From IMG/VR virus record IMGVR_UViG_3300044501_000010, positions 1 to 34,828 of that record: a stretch of DNA of 34,828 bases; one strand, 5' to 3'. The DNA comes from a virus. Taxonomy: Duplodnaviria; Caudoviricetes. Shown here piece after piece: positions 34,442-34,828 of this stretch (position 1 is the stretch's first letter; each line of letters opens with the position of its first letter). The notes under the pieces were generated by a model, which was given only the letters and a program-made list of their open reading frames with translations, was not told where the DNA came from and ran no database searches. A program made the translations under genes and the position numbers.

Positions 34442-34828
34442 TCAGCGCGCCTCCCAGCGATCCTTCACGTCCTGTTCGAGCCGGCGCAGGAAGCCCTGAA
34501 CGCTGCTCTGGGTCTGCTCGACTGCGCCGCGAAGGAAGCGCCGGGGTCTCAGTCCGCCGCGCTTGCCGATGATGCGCGCCACTTGGAACCCGCTGGCGAA
34601 TCCGTGGCGAGAGGCCCACACCCCGAGCGCGTGTCCAGGCGGCCAATGGCCAGGCTTGTGCGGCACCTCGGGATCCCCCTCGGATCCCGTCCCGTACTCT
34701 TGATAGGGCGCGTAGTGGACCGGGGTCCTCACCTTTCCAAAGAGTGGCACTTGGGCGGTGTCCACCTCTCCGACTAGGCTGGATCTCAGCCGCCCGGTGT
34801 CGACCGGAGCCTCGCGCTTGGCTTCGTT
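34442..34828 (-). CDS. HK97 gp10-like protein, 3' part (joins 1-206)
   Basis: APVDTGRLRSS, HYAPYQEYGT and PRRFLRGAV; about 168 aa after circularisation. Confidence 0.85.
   Translation of the reverse strand, partial: NEAKREAPVDTGRLRSSLVGEVDTAQVPLFGKVRTPVHYAPYQEYGTGSEGDPEVPHKPGHWPPGHALGVWASRHGFASGFQVARIIGKRGGLRPRRFLRGAVEQTQSSVQGFLRRLEQDVKDRWEAR
34743..34828. repeat. Terminal direct repeat, right copy
   Basis: 82/86 identical to 1-86. Confidence 0.95.

Noticed and set aside
34743-34828. Diversity-generating retroelement TR/VR pair suggested by the imperfect repeat
   Set aside because: No reverse transcriptase; all differences are synonymous, are not adenine-specific on one strand, and lie at contig ends.
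1-34828. CRISPR array, tRNA, rRNA, IS element, att site
   Set aside because: No regularly spaced repeats, cloverleaf, transposase or integrase seen by eye.

Overview
The window looks like one essentially complete, circularly assembled genome of a GC-rich tailed phage with siphovirus-type genes. Its unit length is about 34,742 bp: bases 1-86 recur at 34743-34828 with 4 substitutions, and an HK97 gp10-like gene reads through the junction. The minus strand carries the morphogenesis and lysis genes. From 14.5 kb leftwards these are TerS, TerL, a portal-MuF fusion, five accessory virion-type genes, prohead protease, major capsid and head-tail genes. Across the junction follow tail terminator, tail tube, chaperone, tape measure, tail-tip genes and the lysis cluster. 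The plus strand (14.7-24.8 kb) carries early or accessory genes: SWIM finger, Gam-like, ssDNA-annealing-like, several HTH proteins, GIY-YIG endonuclease, MmcB-like nuclease, DNA methyltransferase and VRR-NUC. I recognise no integrase, replication initiator, helicase, primase or polymerase. The most striking feature is a 274-aa intein (9521-10342) in the MuF domain of the portal fusion. It has no recognisable endonuclease in its own frame. Instead, an HTH plus DUF559/Vsr-like endonuclease ORF (9581-10318) is nested entirely inside it on the opposite strand, preceded by an extended -10 element formed by the intein's own block F codons. All protein calls come from motif recognition by eye and synteny; no database searches were run.
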